Positions 12,601-25,290 are shown, numbered from the stretch's first letter. The stretch: DNA of 64,000 bases from Pristiophorus japonicus (GCF_044704955.1 NC_091990.1:176700001-176764000), one strand, 5' to 3'. Numbers and translations: made by a program. The notes: generated by a model not told the origin, from the sequence alone.

Positions 12601-15600
12601 GCATGGCATTGTTACACTGCAATGTGCAACAGTTTACAGTATTGTACATAAATCAGCTTACCTAAAACCTCTAGCTTTATTGTCTTAGAGGCTTTATAAT
12701 TTGGTGAAATAAAAACATCACATCGATACTGTCCAGTGTGTTTAAATGTGACACTTTTTAGCAACAGTGACATGTTTCCACTTAGAATTGAGCTTTCTGA
12801 CAGCTCAGCTTCTTTCCATTGCTCATTTATTACTCCATGCATGTAGACAAAGGGCTTTGAATTTCCAGTGTCACTAGTGAAAGCCCATAAAACTCCCAAG
12901 TTGTTTGCGCTCAGTGTAGACCCGGTGAGTTCAGCAATTTCGCACTGTAGAAGTCCATTTTCATGAAACATTACTTCCACAGAAGGTTGACTCACTTTCA
13001 ACTCCAACTTTCCATCTGCAGATTCAATAAGAACATGATGCTGTTTTATTAGCGTCCACCATACAAGTGTGCCGATATTTACTTCAACTAACATAGGTGG
13101 TGCGGCAAAGACCATTTGGTCCAACTGTTCCACACAAGCCTCTCCCACCCTTCATCTAACCCCAACAGCATAACCCTTCTATTCCTTTCTCTCTTATGTG
13201 ATTATCTAAATATTCCAAAAACTTCAGCTCATTGTGATCTCTGCTGCCATATCACAATTCGCACCAAGTCCCGCCTCAACCTTGATCCACCCCTGTGCTC
13301 GCTGACCTTCAATAGTCCGGCAATGCCTCAATTTTAAAATTATCATCCTTGTTTTCAAATCCCTCCAACCTATACCATATATGTATAGCCCTACAACTCC
13401 TCCAATTTTGGCCTCTTGCACATCACCGATTTTAATCACTCCAAAATTTTTGGCCATGCCTTCAGCTGCCGACGCCCAAGCTCTGAATTTCCCTCCTAAA
13501 ACCTCCCTGCCTCTCTCTACTCCTTTAAGACATCCCTTAAAACCCACCTCTTTGAACAAGCTTTTAGTCAGCTGTCCAAATATCCCCTCAGTGTCAAATT
13601 TTGTTTGATAACACTCCTGAGAAGTGCCCACCCACCTTCTAAAGGCAGAATCCTTGCTGGAATGTGCTCCCAGTACCTCACCCAGGTAATCATTCATTCA
13701 CAGACAAGCCAAAAGAGCAAGTTTCAATCAGAAGAGGAAAACATCGTAGCTGAGCAACTTTGGAGGGTATCTTCTCACCAAGTTTCTCCCAAAAGTGAGT
13801 CCTTGCTCGGCTATAGCTCCACAGGCACAGCTGAACTGGACTTTGCCTATCAAGTAGTCACTATTTACCTGCGAGCCACAACAGTGAGTGTCAGCAGCTG
13901 ATACGACCAAGGAGAACATCACAGGTAAGCCTAATCCTGTCCTCACCCAACATTCACACACGCAAGATTCCAGTAACCCCAAACAGCAATGAGAATGCTA
14001 GACAATTTCAAATTCTCCAACTCCCAGTGCTGAAGCCATAAGTACAATCCTACTGCCGATTGAGCACTGGTAAAACGTTGTGTGCGCGCGAAGGGGAAGG
14101 GGTCGAGGGAGTGGGGACGGAGGGGCAACGCGCGGGGGGTCGCAGGTCGTGCGCGGGGGAACGGGGGGCGCACGCAGGGACCGGGGGGAGATCGTGCGTG
14201 GGGGAACGGGGGGCCGGGGGGGGGGGGGAGGTCGTGCGCGGGGCGAAGGGGGGCGCGCGGGGGGACGGGGGGGCGGGCCACGGGGGGGTTGGGGAGACGC
14301 GCGCCGTGACAGGGGGGGGGGGGCGCGCGGGGACGGAGGGGGTGCGGGGACAGAGAGCGGGGAATGGTGAGAGGGGAATAGTGACAGAATGGGCTTAGAG
14401 AGAGTGGGTATAGAGAGAGGGTGGGGAAGGAAGGAAGGATGTGAAAGCCTTGGAGAGGGTACAGTGGAGATTTACTAGAATGGTACGAGAGATCAGGTAC
14501 TTCAATTTTGTGGAGAAACTGGCATTTTGCTCCTTAGAGTAGAGAAGGTAAGGGGAAGTAAAAACACAAAATGCTGAAAATACTCAGCAGGACAGGCAGC
14601 AACTGTGGAGACACAAGCAGAGTTAAGGGTTCTGGTCGATCATCTTGCGTCAAAACTGGAAAAGATTAGAGATGCAACAGGTGTTAAGCAAGTACAGAGG
14701 CAGGGAAAGGAGGGAGGGGAGGAAAGAAAAGGGAAGGCCTGTGATAGGCTGCAAGCCAGGAGAGATTAAATGACAAACGGGTGGCTGGATATAGGACTAA
14801 TCATCATAGGCAGTCCCTCGGAATCGAGGAAGACTTGCTGCCACTCTTAACACGAGTTCTTAGGTGGCTGAACAGTCCAATATGAGAACCACAGTCCCCG
14901 TCACAGGTGGGACAGAGTTGTTGACGGTAAGGGTGGGTGGGACAGGTTTGCCGCACGCTCTTTCCGCTGCCTGTGCTTGATTTCTGCATGCTCTTGGCGA
15001 TGAGACTCGAGGTGCTCAGTGTCCTCCCGGATGCTCTTCCTCCACTTAGGGCGGTCTTTAGCCAGGGACTCCCAGGTGTCAGTGGAGATGTTGCATTTTA
15101 TCAGGGAGGCTTTGAGGGTGTCCTTGTAACGTTTCCTCTGCCCAGCTTTGGCTCGTTTGCCGTGAAGGAGTTCAGAGTAGAGCGCTTGCTTTGGGAGTCT
15201 CGTGTCTGGCATGCGAACTATGTGACCTGCCCAGCGGAGCTGATCAAGTTGCTCAGTGCTTCAATGATGGGGATGTTAGCCTGGTCGAGAATGCTAACGT
15301 TGGTGCGTCTGTCCTCCCAGGGGATTTGTAGGATCTTGCGGAGACATCGTTGGTGGTATTTCTCCAGCAACTTGCGGTGTCAACTGTACATGGTCCATGT
15401 TTCTGAGCCATACAGGAGGGCGGGTATTACTACAGCCCTATAGACCATGAACTTGGTGACAGTTTTGAGGGCCTGGTCTTCAAACACTCTATTTGCGGTT
15501 AAGAAAGCAAATGGCATGTTGGCCTTCATAGCAAGGGGATTTGAGTACAGGGGCAGGGAGGTGTTGCTACAGTTGTACAGGGCATTGGTGAGGCCACACC

Positions 15601-18600
15601 TGGAGTATTGTGTACAGTTTTGGTCTCCTAACCTGAGGAAGGACATTCTTGCTATTGAGGGAGTGCAGCGAAGGTTCACCAGACTGATTCCCGGGATGGC
15701 GGGACTGACCTATCAAGAAAGACTGGATCAACTGGGCTTGTATTCACTGGAGTTCAGAAGAATGAGAGGGGATTTCATAGAAACATTTAAAATTCTGATG
15801 GGGTTAGACAGGTTAGATGCAGGAAGAATGTTCCCAATCTTGGGGAAGTCCAGAACCAGAGGTCACAGTCTAAGGATAAGGGGTAAGCCATTTAGGACCG
15901 AGATGCGGAGGAACTTCTTCACCCAGAGAGTGGTGAACCTGTGGAATTCTCTACCACAGAAAGTTGTTGAGGCCAATTCACTAAATATATTCAAAAAGGA
16001 GTTAGATGAGGTCCTTACTACTAGGGGGATCAAGGGGTATGGCGAGAAAGCAGGAATGGGGTACTGAAGTTGAATGTTCAGCCATGAACTCATTGAATGG
16101 CGGTGCAGGCTAGAAGGGCCGAATGGCCTACTCCTGCACCTATTTTCTATGTTTTCTATGTTTCTATTCCTCAGGACTAATAGGACTAGTAAAGAAACAA
16201 AAGATGGATCTAGAGGTGTAAATGGGACGATCAGAACCAAAAGATCCAAAAGAATGGCGGCAGAGGTCATGATCTGAAATTGTTGAACTCGATGTTGAGT
16301 CTAGAAGGCTGTAAAGTGCCTAATAGAAAGATGAGGTGCTGTTCCTTAAGCTTACATTGGAACAGTGCAGGAGACTAAGGACAGAGAGGTCAGAGTGGGA
16401 GTAGTCCAAAGAATTAAAGTGACAGGCGACCAGAAGCTCGTGGTCATGCTTAGGGACTGAATGGTGTGTTCCGCAAAACGGTCACCCAATCTGCGTTTGG
16501 TTTCCCAAGTGTAGAGACCAGCGCAGAGACCAGCACAATGTGAGCAGTGAATACAGTACACTAAATTGAAGGAACTATAAGTAAATCGCTGTTTCACCTG
16601 GAAGGAGTGTTTGGGGCCCTGAACGGGAGGAAGTAAAAGGGCAGGTGTTGCATCTCCTGTACTTGCACGGGAAGGTGCTGTGGGAAGGGGAGTGGGTGTT
16701 TGGGGAGTGGACCAGGGTGTCGCAGAGGGCACGGTCCCTTCAGAATGCTGAAAGGGGAGGGGAGAGGAAGACGTGTTCATATAATCATAGAAATTTACAG
16801 CATGGAAGGAGGCCATTTCGGCCCATCATGTTCGCACCGGCCGACCAAAAGCTATCCAGCCGAATCCCACTTTCCAGCTCTTGGTCCGCAGCCCTGTAGG
16901 TTACGGCATTTTAAATGCACATCCAAGTATTTTTAAATGTGGTGAAGGTTTCTGCCTCTACCATCCTTTCAGGCAGTGAGTTCCAGATCCCACCACCCTC
17001 TGGGTGAAGAAATTACCCTTCATATTTCCTTTAACCTCTCCCCAATTACTTTAAATCTATGCCCACTGGTTGTTGACCCCTCTGCTAAAGGAAACAGGTC
17101 CTTCTTATCCACTCCATGAAAGGCTGCATTAGAGGGAGTACCGTGCGGCGGCCCGGAAATCGGTGCGGTCCCAACCTGCAAGACCATTAGCAGCAGGCCG
17201 GGGCAATCAGAGGGAGCAGCGTGCGGCGGCATACCACTGCAGGAGGGCGACGGCTGCGAAGTTAGGTGCAGATTGCAGTGCGGGCAGGCACAGTAGGAGG
17301 GCGAAGAAGCTGCAAGAGTTTGTAGAAGGAAGTGATCGGGACCCAGGAGAGGCATGAGTCTGGGGCCCAGAATAGGCGAGGGCCCAGGGGCAGCACGAGC
17401 CAGCCCACACTGCTATATGTGTGCGCACTCGGTCCGTGCAGCAGAGCTGGTCTCCAGTCGTCCTGGTTAACCATTGCCACTGGATAAAGGCCGAGCTCTG
17501 TCGAGCCTGTGTGGTGGCTGGTGTGCAACGGTCACCACAAGTTAAAAAAATCCATGCACAGGCATCTTCTACCCTCCAAGATGTAGTTCGGGATCCGGAA
17601 TATTAGGTCCTTCATTGAAACATCTGTGAATTCATTCCTTTTTGGCTTGGAAGCAAGTCTATCCTCGCTTTGAGGGACTGCCTATGATGATCCAGGCCCC
17701 TCATAATTTTATTCACCTCAATCAGGTCTCCCCTCCTCTGTTCCAAAGAAAACTGACCCAGCCTATCCAATCTTTCCTCAGCCAAAATTCTTCAGTCCAG
17801 GCAACATTCTTGTAAATCTCCTCTGCACCCTTTCCAGTGCAATCACATCTTTCCTGTAATGTGGTGACCAGAACTGCACACAGCACTCCAGCTGTGGCCT
17901 AACCAGTGTTTTATACAGTTCAAGCATAACCTCCTTGCTCTTGTATTCCAGGCCTCAACTAATAAAGGCAAGTATTTCATATGCTTTCTTAACCATCTTA
18001 TCTACCTAGCCTGCTACCTTCAGGAATCTGTGGACCTGCACTTTTCAGTGTCGTACCATTTAATGTGTATTCCCTTGCCTTGTTAGACCTCCCCAAATAC
18101 ATTTTTGGACTTTCAAAAGGCTTTTGACAAGGTCCCACACAAGAGATTGGTGTGAAAAATTAAAGCACATGGTATTGGGGGTAATGTATTGACGTGGATA
18201 GAGAACTGGTTGGCAGACAGGAAGCAGAGAGTCAGGATAAATGGGTCCTTTTCTGAATGGCAGGCAGAGACTACTGGGGTGCCGCAGGGCTCAGTGCTGG
18301 GACCCCAGCTATTTACAATATACATCAATGATTTAGATGAAGGAATTGAGTGTAATATCTCCAAGTTTGCAGATGACATTAAGCTGGGTGGCGGTGTGAG
18401 CTGTGAGGAGGATGCTAAGAGGCTGCAGGGTGACTTGGACAGGTTAGGTGAGTGGGCAAATGCATGGCAGATGCAGTATAATGTGGATAAATGTGAGGTT
18501 ATCCATTTTGGGGGCAAAAACAGGAAGGCAGAATATCTGAATGGTCTCAGATTAGGAAAAGGGGAGGTGTAACGAGAGCTGGGTGTCATGGTACATCAGT

Positions 18601-19678
18601 CATTGAAAGTTGGCATGCAGGTACAGCAGGCGATGAAGGCGGCAAATGGCATGTTGGCCTTCATAGCTTGGGGATTTGAGTATAGTAGCAGGGAGACCTT
18701 ACTGCAGTTGTACAGGGCCTTGCTGAGGCCTCACCTGGAATATTGTGTTCCGTTTTGGTCTCCTAATCTGAAGAAGGACGTTCTTGCTATTGAGGAAGTG
18801 CAGCGAAGGTTCACCAGACTGATTCCCAAGATGGCAGGACTGACATATGAGGAGAGACTGGATCGACTGGGCGTGTATTCACTGGAGTTTAGAAGAATGA
18901 GAAGGGATCGCATAGAAACATATAAAATTCTGACGGGACTGGACAGGTTAGATGCAGGAAGAATGTTCCCGATGTTGGGGAAGTCCAGAACCAGGGGACA
19001 CAGTCTAAGGATAAGGGGTAAGCCATTTAGGAGAGGTGATCTTATCGAAACGTGTAAGATTATGAGGGGGCTCGACAAGGTGGATGCAGAGAGGATGATG
19101 GGGGAGACTAGAACTAGAGGGCATGATCTTAGAATAAGGGACCGTCCATTTATAAACAGAGGTGAGGAGGAATTCCTTATCTCAGAGGGTTGTAAATCGG
19201 TGGAATTCGCTGCCTCAGAGAGCTGTGGAAGCTGGGACCTTGAATAAATTTAAGGCAGAGATAGAGAGTTTCTTAACCAGGAAGGGGTTATGGGGAGCGG
19301 TCTGGGAAGTGGACTTGAGTCCATGATCGGATCAGGCATGATCGCATTAACTATCATAGGTACAGGAGTAAGCCATACGGCCCCTCGAGCCTGCTCCGCC
19401 ATATAATAAGACACGGGGAGAGGGCGGGTGGGAAAGAGCTGGTCACTTGTCACCATTTTAGCCCCGGCTGCTTCAATTCCATCTCCAAGCCTTCTTCCCT
19501 GGGACCCCGCCGAGCCCCAGCACAGCCCCACCCGACCCGACCCCGGTCAGACCGTGTGATTCCCAGCCTCCAGGCCCGAGGCCCAGGAGCCGCGCACTTT
19601 ACCTGAAAGCCGCATCAGAGCGGCCAGCGCGACCACCGCCGGCACCAGGAGCGGCAGCGAGTCCCGGCTCGGGCCCAT
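6537..19678 (-). CDS. Gene B (5' part): B7/B7-H6(NCR3LG1)/tapasin-like receptor, SP-IgV-IgC1-TM; continues beyond the window start
   Basis: Four exons (19603-19678, 12662-13015, 9414-9740, 6537-6653) joined by phase-1 GT-AG introns into one frame; no stop in the TM exon. Confidence 0.88.
6740..6985. repeat. 121-bp tandem duplication (2 copies)
   Basis: Unit starting AACTATATAAAAGAGTAAAG at 6740 and 6861, nearly identical. Confidence 0.92.
6990..8730 (+). mobile_element. Old CR1 fragment hosting a MITE
   Basis: Degenerate VPQGS / KxAGDTK / LYRTL...QF motifs. Confidence 0.7.
7184..7923. mobile_element. MITE (PIF/Harbinger-like) with ATT TSD
   Basis: Imperfect TIRs, ATT on both sides; removing it restores the CR1 sequence (EDI-RKCADWA). 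Confidence 0.7.
8832..9235. repeat. Direct duplication of 107 bp (8832-8938 and 9129-9235)
   Basis: Near-identical AATAAACAAATTACAATTAACC...GGTTATTG copies. Confidence 0.9.
9414..9740 (-). CDS. Gene B extracellular Ig C1-set exon
   Basis: ggcag| acceptor, G|gtcagt donor, 327 nt; LGCQLSGYYP...EW...NPDGTCNVT...FQCRVTH, both canonical Cys present. Confidence 0.92.
10031..11025. mobile_element. Non-autonomous Harbinger-like DNA transposon, CTA TSD, inside a CR1 fragment (~9900-11380)
   Basis: TIR GGGCCCAAGTTTCCAC / GTGGAAACTTGGGCTC; CTA duplicated; CR1 frame IEKHL-ETKNII resumes. Confidence 0.85.
12662..13015 (-). CDS. Gene B IgV-set exon
   Basis: ctgcag| acceptor, G|gtaagc donor, 354 nt; LQCE...LGVLW...GNMSLLL...HTGQYRC (B7/tapasin-type GNxSL motif). 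Confidence 0.92.
14085..14420. repeat. G-rich low-complexity CpG tract in gene B intron 1
   Basis: Many G5-G11 runs with GCGCG motifs. Confidence 0.75.
14800..15490 (-). mobile_element. RTE-clade LINE 3' fragment
   Basis: YRAVVIPALLYGSETW and [15 protein letters not shown] motifs; ATGATGA-type tail. Confidence 0.85.
15495..16165 (+). mobile_element. Young CR1 3' fragment
   Basis: [11 protein letters not shown]...RTRGHSL; (TTTCTATG)n tail. Confidence 0.9.
16270..16770 (-). mobile_element. Penelope-like element fragment (GIY-YIG endonuclease)
   Basis: FTYSSFNLVYCIHC...LYTWETKRRLGDRFAEH. Confidence 0.8.
16785..18100 (-). mobile_element. CR1 3' fragment with an RTE-tailed short element inserted (~17115-17690)
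   Basis: Similar to ~1335-2340; the insert ends GGGACTGCCTATGATGA like the RTE tail. Confidence 0.7.
18100..19350 (+). mobile_element. CR1 RT/3' fragments (two subfamilies joined near 19030)
   Basis: [20 protein letters not shown]; RGDLIET...TRGH segment appears twice. Confidence 0.85.
19603..19678 (-). CDS. Gene B signal-peptide exon (MGPSRDSLPLLVPAVVALAALMRLS/D)
   Basis: GTGATGG start context in a CpG island; 25 codons + 1 nt; hydrophobic core; CAG|gtaaag phase-1 donor matching the V exon. Too short for the ORF track. Confidence 0.85.
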
Positions 19679-19737
19679 CACCCCCTCTCCGGGGCTCCGC
19701 TTTTCTCCCGCACCGACCGTCAAACAGCCGCCTTCTC

Positions 19738-19749
19738 ACTTTCACTTTC
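19738..19749 (-). promoter_or_regulatory. ISRE / IRF-binding element GAAAGTGAAAGT
   Basis: Perfect GAAANNGAAA tandem core 60 nt upstream of the ATG. Confidence 0.75.
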
Positions 19750-19752
19750 GCC

Positions 19753-20045
19753 GCCAGCAACAGGCGGAGGTGCGCGCGCAGCCGCCCCCCGGCAACGGAT
19801 GGAGGTGCGCGCGCAGCCGCCCCCGGCAACGGATGGAGGTGCGCGCGCAGCCGCAGCCGCAACCGCAGCCGCCCCCAGCAACGGATGAAGGTGCGCGCAG
19901 CCGCAGCCGCCCCCGGCAACGGATGAAGGTGCGCGCAGCCGCAACCGCAGCCGCCCCCAGCAACGGATGGAGGTGCGCGCAGCCGCAGCCGCAGCCGCCC
20001 CCGGCAACGGATGGAGGTGCGCGCAGCCGCAGCCGCCGCCGCCGC
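19753..20045. repeat. GC-rich minisatellite, 7 units with core CCC(A/G)GCAACGGATG(G/A)AGGTGCGCGC and variable GCAGCC spacers
   Basis: Directly visible tandem repeat; the first unit is degenerate. Confidence 0.92.
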
Positions 20046-20109
20046 TGGGGGGCGCTGCCAACAAAGTATGGAGCGTTGTCGATGGGCAACAAAGTCAAAG
20101 TTGTTCGAC

Positions 20110-20430
20110 AAATCATCAACACAGGCAGTCCCTTAGAATGAGTCTTTAAAGGGTGGCTGAACAGTCCAATACGAGAACCACAATCCCTGTCACAGGTGGG
20201 ACAGAGGGGAAGGGAGGGTGGGCAGGTTTGCCGCACGCTCTTTCCGCTGTCTGCGCTTGTCTTCTGCGTGCAATCAGCGACAATACTCGAGGTGCTCAGC
20301 GCCCGTCCGAATGCACTTTCTCCACTTAGGGCGACCTTTGGCTCATTTGCCATGAAGGAGTTCCGAGTAGACCGCTTGCTTTGGGAGTCTCGCATGTCTG
20401 GCATGCGGACAATGTGGCCTGCCCAGTGGA
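20110..20430 (-). mobile_element. RTE 3' fragment
   Basis: Homologous to 14800-15240. Confidence 0.8.
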
Positions 20431-20442
20431 GCTACATAAAAA

Positions 20443-23400
20443 CATAAGAACATAAGAATTAGGAACAGGAGTAGGCCATCTAGCCCCTCGAGCCTGCTCC
20501 GCCATTCAATAAGATCATGGCTGATCTGGCCGTGGACTCAGCTCCACTTACCCGCCCGCTCCCCGTAACCCTTAATTCCCTTATTGGTTAAAAATCTATC
20601 TATCTGTGACTTGAATACATTCAATGAGCTAGCCTCAACTGCTTCCTTGGGCAGAGAATTCCACAGATTCACAACCCTCTGGGAGAAGAAATTCCTTCTC
20701 AACTCGGTTTTAAATTGGCTCCCCCGTATTTTGAGGCTGTACCCCCTAGTTCTAGTCTCCCCGACCAGTGGAAACAACCTCTCTGCCTCTATTATGTCTA
20801 TCCCTTTCATTATTTTAAATGTTTCGATAAGATCACCCCTCATCCTTCTGAACTCCAACGAGTAAAGACCAAGTCTACTCAATCTAACATCATAAGGTAA
20901 CCCCCTCACCTCCGGAATCAGCCTAGTGAATCGTCTCTATACCCCCTCCAAAGCCAGTATATCCTTCCTTAAGTAAGGTGACCAAAACTGCACGCAGTAC
21001 TCCAGGTGCGGCCTATACAGTTGCAGCAGGACCTCCCTGCTTTTTTGTACTCCATCCCTCTCACAATGAAGGCCAACATTCCATCCGTCTTCCTGATTAC
21101 CTGCTGCACCTGCAAACTTTTTTTGGGGGGGATTCATGCACAAGGAGGCCTTGAAAATGTCTGCTGTGTCACCCAGGCGGGTGGCACGGTTTAATGTTTA
21201 TGTTTATTTTCAGGTAAACTCAAAAGAATTTCATGCACAAGGACCACCAGGTCCCTCTGCACCTCAGCATGTTGTAATTTCTCTCCATTAAAATAATATT
21301 CCCTTTTACTGTTTTTTTTCCCAAGGTGGATGACCTCACACTTTTCGACATTGTATTCCATCTGCCAAACCTTAGCCCATTCGCTTAACCTATCCAAATC
21401 TCTTTGCAGCCTCTCTGTGTCCTCTACACAACCCGCTTTCCAACTAATCTTTGTGTCATCTGCAAATTTTGTTACACTACACTCTGTCCCCTCTTCCAGG
21501 TCATCTATGTATATTGTAAACAGTTGTGGTCCCAGCACCGATCCCTGTGGCACACCACTAACCACCGATTTCCAACCCGAAAAGGACCCATTTATCCCGA
21601 CTCTCTGCTTTCTGTTAGCCAGCAAATTCTCTATCCATGCTAATAGATTTCCTCTGACTCCGCGTACCTGTATCTTCTGCAGTAACCTTTTGTGTGGCAC
21701 CTTATCGAATGCCTTTTGGAAATCTAAATATAGAAACATAGAAACATAGAAAAAAGGTGCAGGAGTAGGCCATTCGGCCCTTCTAGCCTGCACCGCCATT
21801 CAATGAGTTCATGGCTGAACATGCAACTTCAGTACCCCATTCCTGCTTTCTCACCATATCCCTTGATTCCCCTAGTAGTAAGGACTTCATCTAACTCCTT
21901 TTTGAATATATTTAGTGAATTGGCCTCAACAACTTTCCGTGGTAGAGAATTCCACAGGTTCACCACTCTCTGGGTGAAGAAATTCCTCCTCATCTCAATC
22001 CTAAATGGCTTCCCCCTTATCCTTAGACTGTGTCCCCTGGTTCTGGACTTCCCCAACATTGGGAACATTCTTCCTGCATCTAACCTGTCTAACCCCGTCA
22101 GAATTTTAAACGTTTCTATGAGGTCCCCTCTCATTCTTCTGAATTCCAGTGAATACAAGCCCAGTTGATCCAGTCTTTCTTGATAGGTCAGTCCCGCCAT
22201 CCCGGGAATCAGTCTGGTGAACCTTCGCTGCACTCCCTCAATAGCAAGAATGTCCTTCCTCAGGTTAGGAGACCAAAACTGTACACAATACTCCAGGTGT
22301 GGCCTCACCAAGGCCCTGTACAATTGTAGCAACACCTCTCTGCCCTTGTACTCAAATCCCCTTGCTATGAAGGCCAACATGCCATTTGCTTTCTTAACCG
22401 CCTGCTGTACCTGCATGCCAACCTTCAATGACTGATGTACCATGACACCCAGGTCTCGTTGCACCTCTCCTTTTCCTAATCTGTCACCATTCAGATAATA
22501 GTCTGTCTCTCTGTTTTTACCACCAAAGTGGATAACCTCACATTTATCCACATTATACTTCATCTGCCATGCATTTGCCCACTCACCTAACCTATCCAAG
22601 TCGCTCTGCAGCCTCATAGAATCCTCCTTGCAGCTCACACTGCCACCCAACTTAGTGTCATCCGCAAATTTGGAGATACTACATTTAATCCCCTCGTCTA
22701 AATCATTAATGTACAGTGTAAACAGCTGGGGCCCCAGCACAGAACCTTGCGGTACCCCACTAGTCACTGCCTGCCATTCTGAAAAGTCCCCATTTACTCC
22801 TACTCTTTGCTTCCTGTCTGACAACCAGTTCTCAATCCATGTCAGCACACTACCCCCAATCCCATGTGCTTTAACTTTGCACATTAATCTCTTGTGTGGG
22901 ACCTTGTCGAAAGCCTTCTGAAAGTCCAAATATACCACATCGACTGGTTCTCCCTTGTCCACTCTACTGGAAACATCCTCAAAAAATTCCAGAAGATTTG
23001 TCAAGCATGATTTCCCTTTCACAAATCCATGCTGACTTGGACCTATCATATTACCTCTTTCCAAATGCACTGCGATGACATCCTTAATAATTGATTCCAT
23101 CATTTTACCCACTACCGATGTCAGGCTGACCGGTCTGTAATTCCCTGTTTTCTCTCTCCCTCCTTTTTTAAAAAGTGGGGTTACATTGGCTACCCTCCAC
23201 ATCCATCGGTACACCTCATCCACCATGCTCGTTATATCCTCAAAGAATTCCAGTAAATTAGTTAAACATGATTTCCCTTTCATGAATCCATGCTGCGTCT
23301 GCTTAATTGCACTATTCCTATCTAGATGTCCCGCTATTTCTTCCTTAATGATAGTTTCAAGCATTTTCCCCACTACAGATGTTAAACTAACCGGCCTATA

Positions 23401-24280
23401 GTTACCTGCCTTTTGTCTGCCCCCTTTTTTAAACAGAGACGTTACATTAGCTGCTTTCCAATCCACTGGTACCTCCCCAGAGTCCAGATAATTTTGGTAG
23501 ATTATAACGAATGCATCTGCTATAACTTCCGCCATCTCTTTTAATACCCTGGGATGCATTTCATCAGGACCAGGGGACTTGTCTATCTTGAGTCCCATTA
23601 GCCTGTACAGCACTACCCCCCTAGTGATAGTGATTATCTCAATGTCCTCCCTTCCCACTTTCCTGTGACCAGCAATTTTTGGCATGGTTTTTGTGTCTTC
23701 CACTGTGAAGACCGAAGCAAAATCCGTTTTATATATCTGTAAAAGCTTTTACTATCTGTTTTTATGTTTTGCGCAAGTTTACCTTCATAATCTATCTTCC
23801 CTTTCTTTATTGCTTTTTTAGTCATTCTTTGCTGTTGCTTAAAAACTTCCCAATCCTCTAGTATCCCACTAACCTTGGCCACCTTATACGCATTGGTCTT
23901 TGATTTGATACTCTCCTTTATTTCCTTGGTTATCCACGGCTGGTTATCCCTTCTCTTACCACCCTTCTTTTTCACTGGAATATATTTTTGTTGCGCACTA
24001 TGAAAGAGCGCCTTAAAAGTCCTCCACTGTTCCTCAATTGTGCCACCATTTAGTCTGTGTTTCCAATCTACTTTAGCCAACTCTGTCCTCATTCCACTGT
24101 AGTCCCCTTTGTTTAAGCATAGTACGCTCGTTTCTGACACAACTTCCTCACCCTCAATCTGTATTACAAATTCAACCATACTGTGATCACTCATTCCGAG
24201 AGGATCTTTTACTAGGAGATCGTTTATTTTTCCTGCCTCATTACACAGGACCAGATCTAAGATAGCTTGCTCCCTTGTAG
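20443..24280 (-). mobile_element. CR1 LINE with a second CR1 subfamily (~21731-23198) nested in the same orientation
   Basis: Duplicated RT segment in the 624-aa ORF; internal TAGAAACATAGAAAC tail at 21731. Confidence 0.88.
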
Positions 24281-24282
24281 GT

Positions 24283-25290
24283 AAGTGTGGTCAGTGCTTC
24301 AATGCTGAGGATGTTGACCTGGACAAGGACACTGGTGTTTGTGCGTCTGTCCTCCCAGGGGATTTGTAGGATCTTGGGGAGACATCGTTGGTGGTATTTC
24401 TCCAGCAACTTGCGGTGTCTATTGTACATGGTCCATGTCTCTGAGCCATACAGGAGGGCGGGTATTACTACAGCCCTGAAGACCATGAGCTTGATGATAG
24501 ATTTGAGGACCTGGTCTTCAAATACTGTTTTCCTCAGGCAGCCGAAAGCTGCGCTGGCGCACTAGATGTGGTGTTGAATCTCCTCATCAATGTCTGCTTT
24601 TGTTGATAAAAGGCTCCCGAGGTATGGGAAATGGTCCACGTTGTCCAGGGCCGCGCCATGGATTTTGATGACTGGGGGACAGTGCTGTGCGGCGAGGACA
24701 GGCTGGTGGAGGACCTTTGTCTTACGGATGTTTAGCGTCAGGCCTATGTTTTTGTATGCCTCAGTAAATACGGCGACTATGTCCTGGAGTTCAGCCTCTG
24801 AATGTGCGCAGACACAGCCGTTGTCCGCATACTGTAGCTCGACGACAGAGGTTGGGATGGTCTTGGACCTGGTCTGGAGGGGTGAAGGTTGAACAGGTTC
24901 CTACTGGTTCTGTGGTTTAGTTCCACTCCACCGGGGAGCTTGTTGCCTGTGAGGTGGAGCATGGCAGCGAGGAAGATTGAGAAGAGGGTTGGGGCGATGA
25001 CGCAGCCCGGTCCGGACGTGAATTGGGTCTGTAATGGATCCGTTGGTAAGGATCACGGCCTGCATGTTGTCGTGGAACAGGCGGAGGATGTTGACGAACT
25101 TTTGGGCGCATGCAAAATGGAGGAGGGCGCTCCATAAACCCTCGTGATTGACAGTGTCAAAGGCCATTGTAAGGTCGAAGAAAGCCATGTATAATGGCTG
25201 GCGCTGCTCCCTGCATTTTTCCTGCAACTGTCGCGCTGCAAAGATCATGTCCGTTGTGCCCCGTAGGGGACGAAATCTGCACTGTGACTA
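24283..25290 (-). mobile_element. RTE LINE RT fragment
   Basis: MIFAARQLQEKCREQ...FFDLTMAFDTV; PALLYGSETW. Confidence 0.85.

Larger units (their letters stand above)
19410..20060 (-). promoter_or_regulatory. CpG island / promoter of gene B
   Basis: Dense CpG and very high GC surrounding the signal-peptide exon, in an otherwise CpG-poor region. Confidence 0.8.

Noticed and set aside
13947-14060. Possible leader exon for the V domain (LKLSSILIAVWGYW...|gtgagg)
   Set aside because: No in-frame ATG and wrong splice phase; a much better leader exists at 19603-19678
19753-20045. CRISPR-like array
   Set aside because: Eukaryotic context; spacers are GCAGCC reiterations, not unique sequences
19599-20404. 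Several Ala/Arg/Gly/Cys-rich ORFs on both strands
   Set aside because: Products of the GC-rich minisatellite; the real exon is the 76-nt leader at 19603-19678
21829-23703. 624-aa ORF, longest in the window, with a duplicated RT segment
   Set aside because: Chance in-frame chimera of one CR1 inserted into another; not a host gene
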